Below, piece by piece: positions 63,162 through 64,000 of a stretch of DNA of 64,000 nt. Positions within the stretch are counted from its first letter, which is position 1; each line of letters opens with the position of its first letter. The notes beneath the pieces were generated by a model. That model did no database searches. It saw only the letters and a list, made by a program, of their open reading frames with translations, and was not told the origin of the DNA. Both the position numbers and the translations under genes were made by a program. This DNA is from Nitrospirota bacterium. GTDB lineage: Bacteria > Nitrospirota > UBA9217. The DNA lies in the NCBI GenBank assembly GCA_963754875.1, contig CAVWHO010000022.1, positions 64,001-128,000 on the forward strand, read 5' to 3'.

Positions 63162-64000
63162 ATGAAAAGAAGCTCGCAGATACTCTTCTACGTTCTTGCA
63201 GTATTGATGCTTGTCAGCATGTTCCGCCTTTTTTCAGAACCACCAACCGAGGACGTACCTTACAGCGATTTTAAGACGCTATTGGCAGAAAAAAAAGTCA
63301 AAGACATCGTCATTACGCGGGATCACATACGGGGCACACGAATCCAGGAAAAAAAGGGAGAAAAGGAAAAGCCCTTCACCGTCGTGCGTGTTGATGACAA
63401 CGACCTGGTAAAAAACCTCGATGCCAGCGGCATCGCCTATCGCGGCGAAATTTCGGAAAACTGGCTTCGCGATTTCTTGCTCACCTGGATCCTGCCGCTG
63501 GCGGTCCTTATGCTCATTTGGAGCTTTGTCTTCAGACGGATGAGTGCTGGCGGGCCCGGAGAGTCCTTTATGAGTTTCGGTAAATCCCGCGCCAAGATCT
63601 ACGGCGAAAGCGAGGTCAAGGTCACGTTTGGCGACGTCGCAGGTGTGGATGAGGCCAAAGAAGAGCTCATGGAAATCATCGAGTTTCTCCGCCACCCGGA
63701 CAAATTCACCAAGCTCGGAGGCCGCATCCCCAAGGGTGTGCTGCTTGTCGGCCCTCCCGGCACGGGAAAAACGCTCCTCTCCAAGGCTGTTGCGGGAGAA
63801 GCCAAAGTTCCCTTCTTTTCGATGTCCGGTTCGGAATTCGTTGAAATGTTCGTCGGCGTCGGTGCCTCACGAGTCCGCGACCTCTTCCAACAGGCCGTAC
63901 AGAAGGCGCCATGCATCATCTTTATCGACGAACTCGACGCCCTGGGCCGCGCCCGGGGGGCGGGCATCGCCGGCGCTCACGAGGAACGGGAGCAGACCCT
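63162..64000 (+). CDS. ftsH: ATP-dependent zinc metalloprotease FtsH (partial)
   Basis: 2 [34 protein letters not shown]; runs off the right edge. Confidence 0.95.
   Translation, partial: MKRSSQILFYVLAVLMLVSMFRLFSEPPTEDVPYSDFKTLLAEKKVKDIVITRDHIRGTRIQEKKGEKEKPFTVVRVDDNDLVKNLDASGIAYRGEISENWLRDFLLTWILPLAVLMLIWSFVFRRMSAGGPGESFMSFGKSRAKIYGESEVKVTFGDVAGVDEAKEELMEIIEFLRHPDKFTKLGGRIPKGVLLVGPPGTGKTLLSKAVAGEAKVPFFSMSGSEFVEMFVGVGASRVRDLFQQAVQKAPCIIFIDELDALGRARGAGIAGAHEEREQT

Overview
Bacterial chromosomal window; the gene set looks Nitrospirota/deltaproteobacterial-like, which is inference only. (1) 1-8908: the 5' part of a giant secreted surface protein (>=2969 aa, minus strand, missed by the ORF track). 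It has 2 FN3 domains, 9 x 222-bp Ig/InlB-B-like repeats, about 4.5 near-identical 768-bp beta-helix repeats and FlgD-Ig-like modules. (2) About 10.3-30.3 kb: an integrated element at tRNA-Leu(GAG). Its large serine recombinase ORF reads antisense through the tRNA. A leaderless RHH regulator faces a leftward operon of small membrane proteins that includes a split, membrane-anchored Cas4-like nuclease. The same 22-bp operator follows the promoter of that operon and the integrase promoter. The defence cargo is Wadjet jetABCD (jetD split by a 318-bp MITE), a HEPN/MNT pair, an HsdR_N-nuclease-NACHT/STAND protein, a type IIG R-M enzyme and a MazG-like enzyme. An IS110 5' remnant lies at the left flank. 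(3) 30.4-64 kb: host genes, namely ilvE, a multi-PAS kinase with a NarL-type regulator and a candidate sRNA, USP, a ferritin-like protein, aconitase, galT, coaX-birA-nadC-valS, a Pil/Chp-type chemosensory cluster ending in a RomR homologue, icd, mnmA, resB/ccsA, HU, Slp lipoproteins and ftsH. Six single-base +1 frameshifts (R-M gene, histidine kinase) look like consensus errors. All calls come from motif recognition; no database searches were run.
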